From NCBI GenBank assembly GCA_041674225.1, contig JBAYWG010000003.1, positions 2,582 through 66,581 on the forward strand: a stretch of 64,000 bases of DNA, given 5' to 3'. Source of the DNA: Minisyncoccota bacterium. GTDB taxonomy: Bacteria > Patescibacteriota > Minisyncoccia > Phycocordibacterales > JAACPR01. The position numbers and the translations under genes are program-made. Below are positions 55,137 to 64,000 of the stretch, piece after piece. Each line of letters begins with the position of its first letter. Position 1 is the first letter of the stretch. The notes beneath the pieces are model-generated. The model did not search any database, was not told where the DNA came from, and worked only from the letters and a program-made list of their open reading frames with translations.

Positions 55137-56897
55137 TTATTTTACCAAATATAATGACAATCCCTCAGAACTTGTTCCCAATATTTCAAAGTTCTCACAT
55201 TTAGATTTTGGTATGTATAAATACTTAATTTTTAATTTATCGATAATTTTATTTTTTCCTGCGCAATCCAATCTCAAAAATTGATCATAGTTTACAAGAT
55301 TCATTGTGAGAGTCGAAGGCTTTGATACTACAGGTAAATTTTTTGTTGCGACAGCTAAAACCAAACCTTTCCATGGTGGCGCTAAAAATTTCTCATTTGT
55401 TATGTTTGAAAATAATTTTATGTCGTCTTCAATTAAGTAATGATTCGCAGGTGGCGCTGGTTCATAGTTTAAAGTTTTGAAATTTTTCCAAGGCTCTCTT
55501 TGAGTAAATGAAAAACTTAAAGAAAAAAATATGATTGCCAACAAAATCAATGAGTAATTTTTTAAAGTTTTTGATGCCAAACTCGGGAATTTCTTTTCTA
55601 AGATAATTTTCAAATCTTCCAAAGCAAAAGCAGAAATAATCAACATTAGAATTGCAGTCATTGCAACAGTTCTGTGATAATCCATTAAAAATGTCTGGAG
55701 ATTAATAGAGTAAAGAAACCACATTATCAAACCAATAAATACTGGTACTGAGATATATTTAATTTTTCTTCTAATTTTCCAAAGCCCCCAGAAAGCAAAG
55801 GGTGTAATAAACCAAGGTAGAACTTGCCAAATAATAAACAATGGCGGAGCGCCCAAAAAACTGTTCAAAGGTCTGAAAATATAATTGTAAACAGTTAAAG
55901 CAACTTTTGAGAAAGAATATTCGTTGCTAAAAGAAATAAATGTTATTGCAGAAATAAGTCCAACTAAAATTATTCCTATATAAACACTCAAAAAACGAAT
56001 TCTCTTTTTAATACCCTCTAATTCAAAAGATGCAAAAATAAAACTAGGTAAAGCAAGTAATACTAAAGGAGGATAGAAAATCATCGTCGCAAAATTCAAA
56101 GCAAAAGCAGTTTTAAGATAATGTTTTTGCATTGCGATAAAATACCCAATGAAAAATATAAATCCAATATTCCATGGTAGTAGATACCAAAGAAGTGGAA
56201 GGTTCGAGGCGTTTGGTAAATATGAAATGAAAAATATTGATAACGCAGAAACTAAAACCGATATTCCAAAAGATCGAAGTAATACATATATAAAAGTTAT
56301 TAAAATAAGAGCAAATGTAATCGAAATAATCGAATAATCGTTCAATAAATCCAAATCAAACAACAAGTCTATTTCTGCTATTAAAGAATGGAAAACAAAT
56401 AGAAAATTTTGGAAAGTCTTTTCGTTTAAAAAGTTAGTAAATGGCAAGCTCTTTGTCTCAATCACTTTTTCAGACATTCCAACAGCAATCCATTCATCTG
56501 AAAAATATGGTTGATTTGGATTAAAATTTTCCACATTTACCACAGAGGTGTATGTATTTATTTTTCCAGTATAACCAGAATGAACTAAATAAAATTGAAA
56601 TCCAATTATTAAAATAGTCACAATAAACACCCAAGGTATTTTTTTGAAACAATTTTCAGGAGATTTTTCTTTGAAAAAATTTAAAATGATCTTTGAGTTA
56701 TAAACCAAACTCAAGATGGCAATCAAAGAGTGCACCGTCAGTAGAAATTTGAAACTAAATATTCCAAAAAACTGAGAGAACAATGCAATAGTTGTATGTG
56801 CCACAATCATTGCCGAGATTGTTGAAACTGCGCCAAATCTATAGTCTTTAAAACGCGAAATCCAAACCAATGGCACTAAAATTAATAAAATAAGCAT
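55137..56897 (-). CDS. Polytopic membrane protein, GT-C-type glycosyltransferase suspected (ArnT/PMT-like)
   Basis: About 13 TM helices. Sits divergent to a DPM1-like GT2. No firm motif. Confidence 0.35.
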   Translation of the reverse strand: MLILLILVPLVWISRFKDYRFGAVSTISAMIVAHTTIALFSQFFGIFSFKFLLTVHSLIAILSLVYNSKIILNFFKEKSPENCFKKIPWVFIVTILIIGFQFYLVHSGYTGKINTYTSVVNVENFNPNQPYFSDEWIAVGMSEKVIETKSLPFTNFLNEKTFQNFLFVFHSLIAEIDLLFDLDLLNDYSIISITFALILITFIYVLLRSFGISVLVSALSIFFISYLPNASNLPLLWYLLPWNIGFIFFIGYFIAMQKHYLKTAFALNFATMIFYPPLVLLALPSFIFASFELEGIKKRIRFLSVYIGIILVGLISAITFISFSNEYSFSKVALTVYNYIFRPLNSFLGAPPLFIIWQVLPWFITPFAFWGLWKIRRKIKYISVPVFIGLIMWFLYSINLQTFLMDYHRTVAMTAILMLIISAFALEDLKIILEKKFPSLASKTLKNYSLILLAIIFFSLSFSFTQREPWKNFKTLNYEPAPPANHYLIEDDIKLFSNITNEKFLAPPWKGLVLAVATKNLPVVSKPSTLTMNLVNYDQFLRLDCAGKNKIIDKLKIKYLYIPKSKCENFEILGTSSEGLSLYLVK

Positions 56898-56923
56898 ATT
56901 TATGTATACTTATAATACTTCCA

Positions 56924-58078
56924 ATGGAAAACAAAAACCAGCCAAAACTGAGTATAATTCTCCCCTGTCACAATGAAGAGCAATCGATTCAGAAGTGTAT
57001 TTCTGATATTCAAAATGAATTGAATGGAAAACTTAACTTTGAAATAGTTGTTGTAAATAATAACTCCGATGATTTTTCTGGTGAGATTTTAAAAAAGATG
57101 AAGGAAACAAATCCAAATCTAAAAGTATTTTTTGAAAAGAAAATAGGATACGGAAGTGCGTGCAATCGAGGATTTAAAGAGGCCTTGGGAAAATATCTAC
57201 TATTAATGGATATAGATCAAACTTATCCAGTAGAAAAAATTATGGATTTTGTTTCTGAATTAGATAAAAGTAGTGAATTTGTCATTGGAAATAGATTTAC
57301 TGGCGAGATTAAAAAAGGCGCAATGCCAGCATTACATCAATTCATTGGTAATCCCCTTTTATCTTTTATATTAAGACTGTTTTTCAAAACAAAAGTTAGA
57401 GATTCTCATTGCGGAATGCGCGCTATTAGAAAAAAATGTTATGAAAAATTAAATCTACGAACCACAGGAATGGAGTTCGCCAGCGAAATGGTTATAAAAG
57501 TTTTGAGAGAAAAATTGAGAATATCGGAAATTGCCATTAGCTATCACCCACGAATTGGTGAGTCAAAACTAAAATCTTTCAGAGATGGATGGAGACACTT
57601 ACGTTTTATGCTTCTTTATTCTCCAAACTATTTATTTTTTGTTCCTGGAATTATTTGTTTTAGCGTAGGAATAATTTCCATGATTGTTTTGTATTTTACA
57701 AACTTAAAAGTAGTTGGACTAACGCTCATCGATCACCCAATTTTTGTTTTCTCTTTACTGGTAATAATCGGCTATCAATTGATAATATTTGCCGGTTTTG
57801 CAAAAGCTTACGCAATTAATCACCTTGAAGAAAAAAATGAATTATTGGATAAAATTTTTAAATATATTTCAATTGAAAAAGCGAGCACTATTGGATTACT
57901 AGGAATAATTTTTGGTTTGATAATTTATTTCTTAATTCTCCGAAAATGGATTAATTCTGATTTTGGTGCTCTTAATGAAATAAAAAGTGCAGTAATCGGT
58001 TTCACTTTTATAGTAATCGGTGTTCAAACAATTTCATCTGCTTTTATGTTAAGTATTTTGAGTATTAAAGAGCGCTAA
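56924..58078 (+). CDS. Family-2 glycosyltransferase, polyprenyl-phosphate sugar transferase type (DPM1/GtrB/ArnC-like) with C-terminal TM anchors
   Basis: LSIILPCHNEE. DID (DxD). 2-4 C-terminal TM helices. Confidence 0.7.
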   Translation: MENKNQPKLSIILPCHNEEQSIQKCISDIQNELNGKLNFEIVVVNNNSDDFSGEILKKMKETNPNLKVFFEKKIGYGSACNRGFKEALGKYLLLMDIDQTYPVEKIMDFVSELDKSSEFVIGNRFTGEIKKGAMPALHQFIGNPLLSFILRLFFKTKVRDSHCGMRAIRKKCYEKLNLRTTGMEFASEMVIKVLREKLRISEIAISYHPRIGESKLKSFRDGWRHLRFMLLYSPNYLFFVPGIICFSVGIISMIVLYFTNLKVVGLTLIDHPIFVFSLLVIIGYQLIIFAGFAKAYAINHLEEKNELLDKIFKYISIEKASTIGLLGIIFGLIIYFLILRKWINSDFGALNEIKSAVIGFTFIVIGVQTISSAFMLSILSIKER

Positions 58079-58878
58079 CCTTTATAATAATTCTCATCCA
58101 AAGACCAACCAAATTCATCATTGACAGGAGCACACTTATCAATGAAATATTTCTTTTGTTCATCAGTCCAATTAGTTTCTTCTAAAGATCTTATTTTACT
58201 TTCATCACCTCCAGTGTGTTCAGGTCTACTATTCTTAAAAACATTAGCAATTTTCTTTATTTGATCAAAATTTAAATTTAAAAAAAGACCAACTTTTTCT
58301 GCCACTTCTTCTGGTTTAGTAGAAATATCGTATTGATCGACTATGATATATCTATCATTAGGAACATTTTTTTTAATATCAGAAATTTTATTCATTATTT
58401 CAGCCCAAAGTTCACAATGAACATTAAAAGATATCCCCTTAAATTTTTTAAGTCTTGAATTAATATTTTCAATAGAACGTCTCTTCATGATAATAAATTT
58501 TGCATCAGGTAAAAATTTATACAATAGTGGAATTGAATACAAAACTTCGATTGCCGGAGTTTTGTCAATCCAAACACCCTCATATTTAGAATATTTTTTA
58601 TATTCACTCAAAAACCATTCTATAAAAGATTCCTGAAAAGAATCTTTTGGAACATCCTTAAGCATTATGTTCACAAATTTCATTTGAGTTCCTCTATCTT
58701 TATATCTTTTATCAAAAACCTTCAGAAATAATCCCATCATATCTATAAAACAACCCTCAGTATAACCATCAAAACCAGCCCCCTTCTTCATCAAGGACTC
58801 ACTCATAACACTTGTACCTGATCTAACTGAGCCAGTTATTATTATTGGAGATATTTTTTTATCTTTTACAGATATCAT
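58075..58878 (-). CDS. Sulfotransferase-family protein
   Basis: 5'-PSB-like loop ITGSVRSGTS near the N-terminus. The size fits Sulfotransfer_3. Confidence 0.5.
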   Translation of the reverse strand: MISVKDKKISPIIITGSVRSGTSVMSESLMKKGAGFDGYTEGCFIDMMGLFLKVFDKRYKDRGTQMKFVNIMLKDVPKDSFQESFIEWFLSEYKKYSKYEGVWIDKTPAIEVLYSIPLLYKFLPDAKFIIMKRRSIENINSRLKKFKGISFNVHCELWAEIMNKISDIKKNVPNDRYIIVDQYDISTKPEEVAEKVGLFLNLNFDQIKKIANVFKNSRPEHTGGDESKIRSLEETNWTDEQKKYFIDKCAPVNDEFGWSLDENYYKG

Positions 58879-61259
58879 TAGGTTAATAAATTTTCTATCA
58901 AGTTTTTTATTTTCGGCAGGATTAAATCACTGTTATATTTTTTTTGATAATCAATCGCTTTTTCACCCATTTCCACTCTTTTGTGTTCATTTAAAATCAA
59001 ATCTTCTATTGATTTTTCAAATTTTTCAATATCAAAGTTATCAATAATAAATCCAGAATCATTTACTGCTTCGTAAATACCACCAGCATCTTTAAAAATT
59101 ACAGTTGGCTTTCCAAGTGACATCGCTTCCAGAACAACAAGTGGAAAAGGATCTTCACGAGACGGTAAAACAAAGATGTCAGCTGCTTTCATATAAGGAA
59201 AGGGATTAATTTTTTCCTGAATTAAAGTAAAGTAAGAAGAGTAGAGCCCAAAATCAGACATAAAAGGCTCTTTAAAAGGTTTGCTTCCAATCCAAACAAA
59301 TTTACACTTTAAACCCTTGTCTTTTAAATTTTTAGATATTTTCATAAAAATATCAGCTCCTTTTCTATAAATAAACATACCCAAACAAAAAATTAAAATT
59401 TCATCGTCATTTTTATTAATTTCCATTAAAACATTTTTTTGTGAAATCAATTCGCTTTTTTCTATTACTTTATCTTTATCAATAAAAGCAGTAATCAATC
59501 TTACTTTATCTATTGGACACTTTAATTTTTCAACTAAAACATTGTAAACGGGAGCAGATACTGCAATAAAAATATCTGCCATATTCATAAACTCATCTCT
59601 AATTTTACCTCTAAACATCATATTTATTGCAATATCAAGCTCATGAATATGAAAAATTACAGGTATTTTCATCTCTTTAGCTACAATTGCAAAAGGATGT
59701 GATCCAATTGAATTTGCATAAACAATTTTTGGTTTTATTTTTTCAATAATTTTTCTTGCTGAATCCATTTTTGATAAGTTTTGATAAAGCTCATCAGGGT
59801 AAATAATTGGGCCAAAAGCATTATTAAAATCTACACCCATTGAACCGCGAGCCAAAGAGACTACTGATATTTTATATTTATCCTTAACGCTTTCTGCAAC
59901 ATCAAAAACAATACGAGGGGCTCCTGTTCTGCTTTCATCATGATTGATGAATAATATATCAGTTTCTGGTTTAATATTTTCATATTGTTTCCAAAAAGAT
60001 TCATCATTGTTTTGTGAATTGTTTTGTGATTTTTTTAAAAGTTTTACAGCACGATGAGGTATAAAGTCATTCAGAATATTCTGAAAAAATTTTATTAAAT
60101 TTTCATATCCATTACGAACCATAGAACCTCTTGGGAAAAACAATGACAGCAAAAAATCCCAACTCTTAACCACTTTCCACACAGTACTTCTTTCAATATT
60201 AGTCAATTTAATATTCAAATCTAAAATATGAGCATCCCTATCCTTTAGCAATGAATCTAAATAATTTATATGCGTATATTGATTATGAGTTGCACCTTTT
60301 AAATCTGAGATCTCTAAATTAAGATCTTCATTAACTTTTTTTAGATTTAAAATTTCTAAATTAAGATCTTCAACAACACTATCTGAATCAATTTTAAAGT
60401 TTCTATTTTTCTGCTCCAATTCAGATATTATTTTATTTTTTTCTGCAATTAAATTATGGTTTTCTGTCAAAATAGCAAAATCTTGTTTTCTGATATCTTT
60501 AATCGTCCGATTTTCTGATTCTAAATCTTTTATTACATTTGATAATGTTAAAATAAAATCATCTCCAGAAACCTTATTATGTCTTAAGGTTGGTTCAATG
60601 AATCTACCTATCTCTTCTTCAAAATTTTCATACGAAGAAAATTTAGGATGATTAATAAAATTATAAATTTTATCTACTACATTTTTAGGATTTAAAAATA
60701 AATCATCATACGAAACATGAATATGATAAACACTCTCGCAATATGCTTTTATAATCCTATAATAATATTTATAAGCCATCACTGAATCAAAGAAAGACAA
60801 ACCATTTCTTTTATTCAAAGAATTTGCAACATCTTGAACACTTCGATTAGAAATAATCAAACGTAAATCTATTTCTAACTCTTTGAATAACTCGATATAC
60901 ACAGGTAACAAAATAGAAATTCTTGGATCTTTTAAACCAAAAAGTTCTGTTCCACTAAAATCATTTTTAATAATAATTTTTATTTTTTCTTTAAAATTTT
61001 TAACTTTTTCATCATAAAGCCAATCTGTTGGCAATTCGCCCAAAATTCCATCATCATCTAATCCGTAGGAATTTAAAAACTCTCTATTTAAAGTAGTGAT
61101 GTCCGAATGCTCAAAATACCCTTTTGGATTATCATTCGAAGGTAAAAGTAGTCGTTTACCTAAATCAACACCCAAAATATTCAAAATTCCAGCCAAAGTA
61201 GATGTGCCAGTTCTATGCATTCCAACAATTAATACACATGTTTGTTTATTACTATCCAT
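58878..61259 (-). CDS. Multidomain protein: N-terminal sulfotransferase-like domain, central coiled coil, C-terminal GT4 (GT-B) glycosyltransferase
   Basis: N-terminal VGMHRTGTS. Heptad-rich middle. C-terminal FVLPSREDPFPLVVLEAMSLGKPTV (E-x7-E). Confidence 0.6.
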   Translation of the reverse strand: MDSNKQTCVLIVGMHRTGTSTLAGILNILGVDLGKRLLLPSNDNPKGYFEHSDITTLNREFLNSYGLDDDGILGELPTDWLYDEKVKNFKEKIKIIIKNDFSGTELFGLKDPRISILLPVYIELFKELEIDLRLIISNRSVQDVANSLNKRNGLSFFDSVMAYKYYYRIIKAYCESVYHIHVSYDDLFLNPKNVVDKIYNFINHPKFSSYENFEEEIGRFIEPTLRHNKVSGDDFILTLSNVIKDLESENRTIKDIRKQDFAILTENHNLIAEKNKIISELEQKNRNFKIDSDSVVEDLNLEILNLKKVNEDLNLEISDLKGATHNQYTHINYLDSLLKDRDAHILDLNIKLTNIERSTVWKVVKSWDFLLSLFFPRGSMVRNGYENLIKFFQNILNDFIPHRAVKLLKKSQNNSQNNDESFWKQYENIKPETDILFINHDESRTGAPRIVFDVAESVKDKYKISVVSLARGSMGVDFNNAFGPIIYPDELYQNLSKMDSARKIIEKIKPKIVYANSIGSHPFAIVAKEMKIPVIFHIHELDIAINMMFRGKIRDEFMNMADIFIAVSAPVYNVLVEKLKCPIDKVRLITAFIDKDKVIEKSELISQKNVLMEINKNDDEILIFCLGMFIYRKGADIFMKISKNLKDKGLKCKFVWIGSKPFKEPFMSDFGLYSSYFTLIQEKINPFPYMKAADIFVLPSREDPFPLVVLEAMSLGKPTVIFKDAGGIYEAVNDSGFIIDNFDIEKFEKSIEDLILNEHKRVEMGEKAIDYQKKYNSDLILPKIKNLIENLLT

Positions 61260-61301
61260 TATCTCAATATTACTAATTTTCCTGACTCCTGCAATTAAAA
61301 T

Positions 61302-62033
61302 CTATTGTATAAATTTTTGATATTCATCTATGATTTCTTTAGTATTCCCTATATTTTTTACCTGTCCATTATCCATCCATAATGTTTTCGAACAGTTATT
61401 CAAAATATATTTATAATTATGACTAGCTATTATTACAATTTTTGCAGAATCAATATATTCTTTAATCTTTTTTATGGTTTTTTCCTTGAAAGAATTATCG
61501 AGCCCTCCTCCAAGTGCTTCATCAATCAATAAAACATCAGGTGATTGTGGTAAAGTAAAAAGCGTTGTTGCAAAAGAAAATCTCGCCATCATTCCTGTGG
61601 AAAATTTATATAAAGGCACATCCACAAAATCTGAAAGTTCACTAAAATCAATAATGCTATGCATGCGATTAGAAATTTCTTTTTTATTTAAACCATTCAA
61701 CGTGCCAATAATATATATATTATCTTTCATTGAAAGATTTTTATTCATACCATGATAAAAACCGCTTAAATAAACGACACTCCCTTCAACATTAACTTGG
61801 CCTTCATTTGGTTTTAGAATTCCAGCAATAATCTTTAGCAAAGTTGATTTTCCAGAACCATTTTTTCCAATCAAACCAAATACCTCACCATCCTTTAATT
61901 CAAATGATATGTTTTTTAAAGCAATATAATTTTCTTTTTTATCTTTAGAAAATAAATTTTTTATAAAATAAAAAACACTAGACTTCCCATTCTCTAAATA
62001 ATAAAATTTTGAAATTGAATCTAATTTAATCAT
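61302..62033 (-). CDS. ABC transporter ATP-binding protein, polysaccharide/teichoic-acid exporter type (Wzt/TagH-like)
   Basis: Walker A GKNGSGKST. Signature and Walker B LLIDEALGGGLD. Probable start MIKLD (the track ORF extends to 62117). Confidence 0.8.
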   Translation of the reverse strand: MIKLDSISKFYYLENGKSSVFYFIKNLFSKDKKENYIALKNISFELKDGEVFGLIGKNGSGKSTLLKIIAGILKPNEGQVNVEGSVVYLSGFYHGMNKNLSMKDNIYIIGTLNGLNKKEISNRMHSIIDFSELSDFVDVPLYKFSTGMMARFSFATTLFTLPQSPDVLLIDEALGGGLDNSFKEKTIKKIKEYIDSAKIVIIASHNYKYILNNCSKTLWMDNGQVKNIGNTKEIIDEYQKFIQ

Positions 62034-62824
62034 TTTATTCTTTCTGAAATTATTTCTCTTTGACTTACAAAAACTAAACGTCCTATAACAAAAAATACCA
62101 AACTTATCACAAAACAAAGCAATACAATATCATAGGAAATATTTTTTAAATCAAAGGTAAAGGCTCTAGCCAATTCCAAGTAGTATGAAATTGGATTATA
62201 TTTAATTATAAAAATCATTTCATTCGCCACATAGTAAATAGGTAAAACGAACCAAAGAAGCTGACATAAATAACTCCAAATATACGTTAAATCAAAAACT
62301 TTTGTAGACACCACACACAAAAAATATCCTATTCCTAAAATAAAAATTGCATAAAATGGAACTATTAAAAAGTACATAAAACTATGTAAAAAGCCCAAAA
62401 AACTAAGTATTAAAACAACTATACAGGTCTCAAAAATATGATTCCATAGTGACATAAAAAATTTAGACAGAATGAAAATCTCGGGTTCAATTTTTCGAGA
62501 ATTAAGTAGTTCATAATTACTCGTAATCGCTTTCATCATCAGATTTGTACTAGAAATAAAAAAATGTACCATTATCACCCCAATAAAAAGATATGGAACA
62601 AAATCAACAATCTCGTGATCCACAACTTTGTGTTTTACGTAAAACAAAACAACAAACATTAACAAAGGTTGCAAAAAATACCACAAAAAACCCAAGTAGG
62701 TATTATGATTTTTCACTTTCAATTCATAGAAAGAAAGCACTAAACTTTTTTTCAAAATTTCTTTCATTTTATAAAGATTCTTGTAGATCTTTGATATTTT
62801 CTTCAGGACTTCCCTCGAAAACAA
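62030..62824 (-). CDS. ABC-2 type exporter permease (Wzm/TagG-like)
   Basis: 6 TM helices. ATGA overlap with the ATPase gene. Alternative start MKEILKK. Confidence 0.6.
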   Translation of the reverse strand: MFSREVLKKISKIYKNLYKMKEILKKSLVLSFYELKVKNHNTYLGFLWYFLQPLLMFVVLFYVKHKVVDHEIVDFVPYLFIGVIMVHFFISSTNLMMKAITSNYELLNSRKIEPEIFILSKFFMSLWNHIFETCIVVLILSFLGFLHSFMYFLIVPFYAIFILGIGYFLCVVSTKVFDLTYIWSYLCQLLWFVLPIYYVANEMIFIIKYNPISYYLELARAFTFDLKNISYDIVLLCFVISLVFFVIGRLVFVSQREIISERIK

Positions 62825-63479
62825 AAGATCCGGACACCAAACGATTTACACCAGCATCAACTAATTTTCGTGCTGTAGATAAATCCACACCACCATCAAC
62901 AGAAATTATTTTTTCTGGATATTTGTCTCGAAAACTTTTTATATTATCCAAAACTCCTTCTACAAATGGCTCATTTTGAAATCCAACTTTTTTAATTCCC
63001 ATAAATTGCACAAAATCTATTTTTTCTAAAATTGATTCAATTTCTGTGTAACTTTCAATTGGCAATAGAGCTATCCCAACTTCTATTCCAACTGATTTCA
63101 ATTCATCAATCAATGCTTCATAATTCCCTGCTGAAATTGTTTTCCAGTGCAAAATTATTCTACCAACTCCAGCCTTTGCCCATTTAATAGCTTCCACATA
63201 AGGCTCTGAGACCATCAAATCCAATTCGTAATCGATTTCTTTCCAATAAGGCAATCCTTCATCCTCATTTATAATTTCTGCAAAATGCTTCCAACGCACA
63301 CCGTAAGGCCAAGAATATGATCCTGTATATTTCCCATCCATCACATCAATTTGCACCCACTCTACTTTATTACGCACTAAATTTGCTTTAGAAGTTAGAT
63401 CTTCATAATCATTTGGCATTATCGCCGGAATAATTTTAACTGTGGTATCCATCGTCAATTTTTTCAATTCTTCTAACAT
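62769..63479 (-). CDS. rpe: Ribulose-phosphate 3-epimerase
   Basis: IIPAIMPNDYEDL and QIDVMDGKYTG match the RPE metal-site motifs. TIM barrel. Confidence 0.75.
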   Translation of the reverse strand: MLEELKKLTMDTTVKIIPAIMPNDYEDLTSKANLVRNKVEWVQIDVMDGKYTGSYSWPYGVRWKHFAEIINEDEGLPYWKEIDYELDLMVSEPYVEAIKWAKAGVGRIILHWKTISAGNYEALIDELKSVGIEVGIALLPIESYTEIESILEKIDFVQFMGIKKVGFQNEPFVEGVLDNIKSFRDKYPEKIISVDGGVDLSTARKLVDAGVNRLVSGSFVFEGSPEENIKDLQESL

Positions 63480-63942
63480 GTCTTTCGTCTCCAGAAAATT
63501 CTGTATCTAAAAATAATTCAACAGCTTCAATAGCTTCTCGCACACTCAAAAATCTTGCACCAAGAGAAATTATATTTGCGTCATTATGATGTCGAGCAGT
63601 GATAATTTCTTCAGGAACTTCTCTTCCATCAGCTGGCATATATTGTCCATTAAAAACCACAGCTCTCACTCCTGGAAATCTATTTGCAACAATAGCTTCA
63701 CCTTGCCCAGAACCACCGATTATAATTCCTCGTTCTTGTGGGTCTGCGGCCACAGCATTAGCAGCAGGAGCTACAAAATCAGGAAAATCATCCTCTCCTT
63801 CAAATTCATAAGCGCCATGATCCACAACCTCATAACCCTCACTATCAAGCCATTCTTTTATAGCTTCTTTGTGTTCAAAACCCGCATGATCAGCAGCGAT
63901 GTGAATAATATTGTTATTTCTCATTGTATCTGGATTTGTCAT
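63436..63942 (-). CDS. rpiB: Ribose-5-phosphate isomerase B
   Basis: RpiB/LacAB fold (IAADHAGFEHKEAI...GIIIGGSGQGEAIVANR). Confidence 0.85.
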   Translation of the reverse strand: MTNPDTMRNNNIIHIAADHAGFEHKEAIKEWLDSEGYEVVDHGAYEFEGEDDFPDFVAPAANAVAADPQERGIIIGGSGQGEAIVANRFPGVRAVVFNGQYMPADGREVPEEIITARHHNDANIISLGARFLSVREAIEAVELFLDTEFSGDERHVRRIEKIDDGYHS

Positions 63943-64000
63943 ATCAATAAGCCTATGTTATCACAGCTCTAAAATCAATCATCTCTTTTTCCATAAACCA

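Noticed and set aside
1-64000. CRISPR arrays, IS elements or transposases, integrases
   Set aside because: No regularly spaced direct repeats, terminal inverted repeats with a transposase ORF, or tyrosine/serine recombinase genes were found anywhere in the window.

Overview
This is a low-GC (~one-third GC) bacterial chromosome segment, densely coded and mostly on the minus strand. It uses the standard genetic code: TGA terminates the 4012..4491 gene, and long ORFs are intact. The gene content is housekeeping plus cell envelope. It includes dnaX, topA, gyrB, parB, dprA, miaA, serS, Asp/Asn-tRNA synthetase, pheS/pheT, prfA, rpsB-tsf, rpmE, rpmG, rplY and a split dus. Central carbon genes are fba, a two-subunit transketolase, rpe, rpiB and a PfkB-family kinase. 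Four tRNAs can be folded by hand: Gln-TTG, Leu-CAA, Trp-CCA and Thr-TGT. There are several very large predicted surface proteins, a type IV pilin and a glycan-synthesis cluster (GT2, GT4 and GT-C-like enzymes, two sulfotransferase-like domains, a Wzm/Wzt ABC exporter). The reduced PheS, two-subunit transketolase, abundant giant surface proteins and pilin resemble a reduced-genome (CPR/Patescibacteria-like) bacterium, but this is inference only. Unusual items are: a PheT beta subunit carrying an embedded NlpC/P60 peptidase domain next to a C39-like peptidase; a GC-rich island of three unrecognised small proteins with their own canonical promoters and terminators; tRNA-Gln 3'-end duplications flanking a surface-protein gene; an in-frame TGA inside an otherwise conserved dus gene; a candidate Phe/Trp leader-peptide attenuator upstream of pheA; a membrane-anchored Clp-type ATPase with a dead D1 module; and two unusually long structured intergenic regions (upstream of dnaX; downstream of topA).
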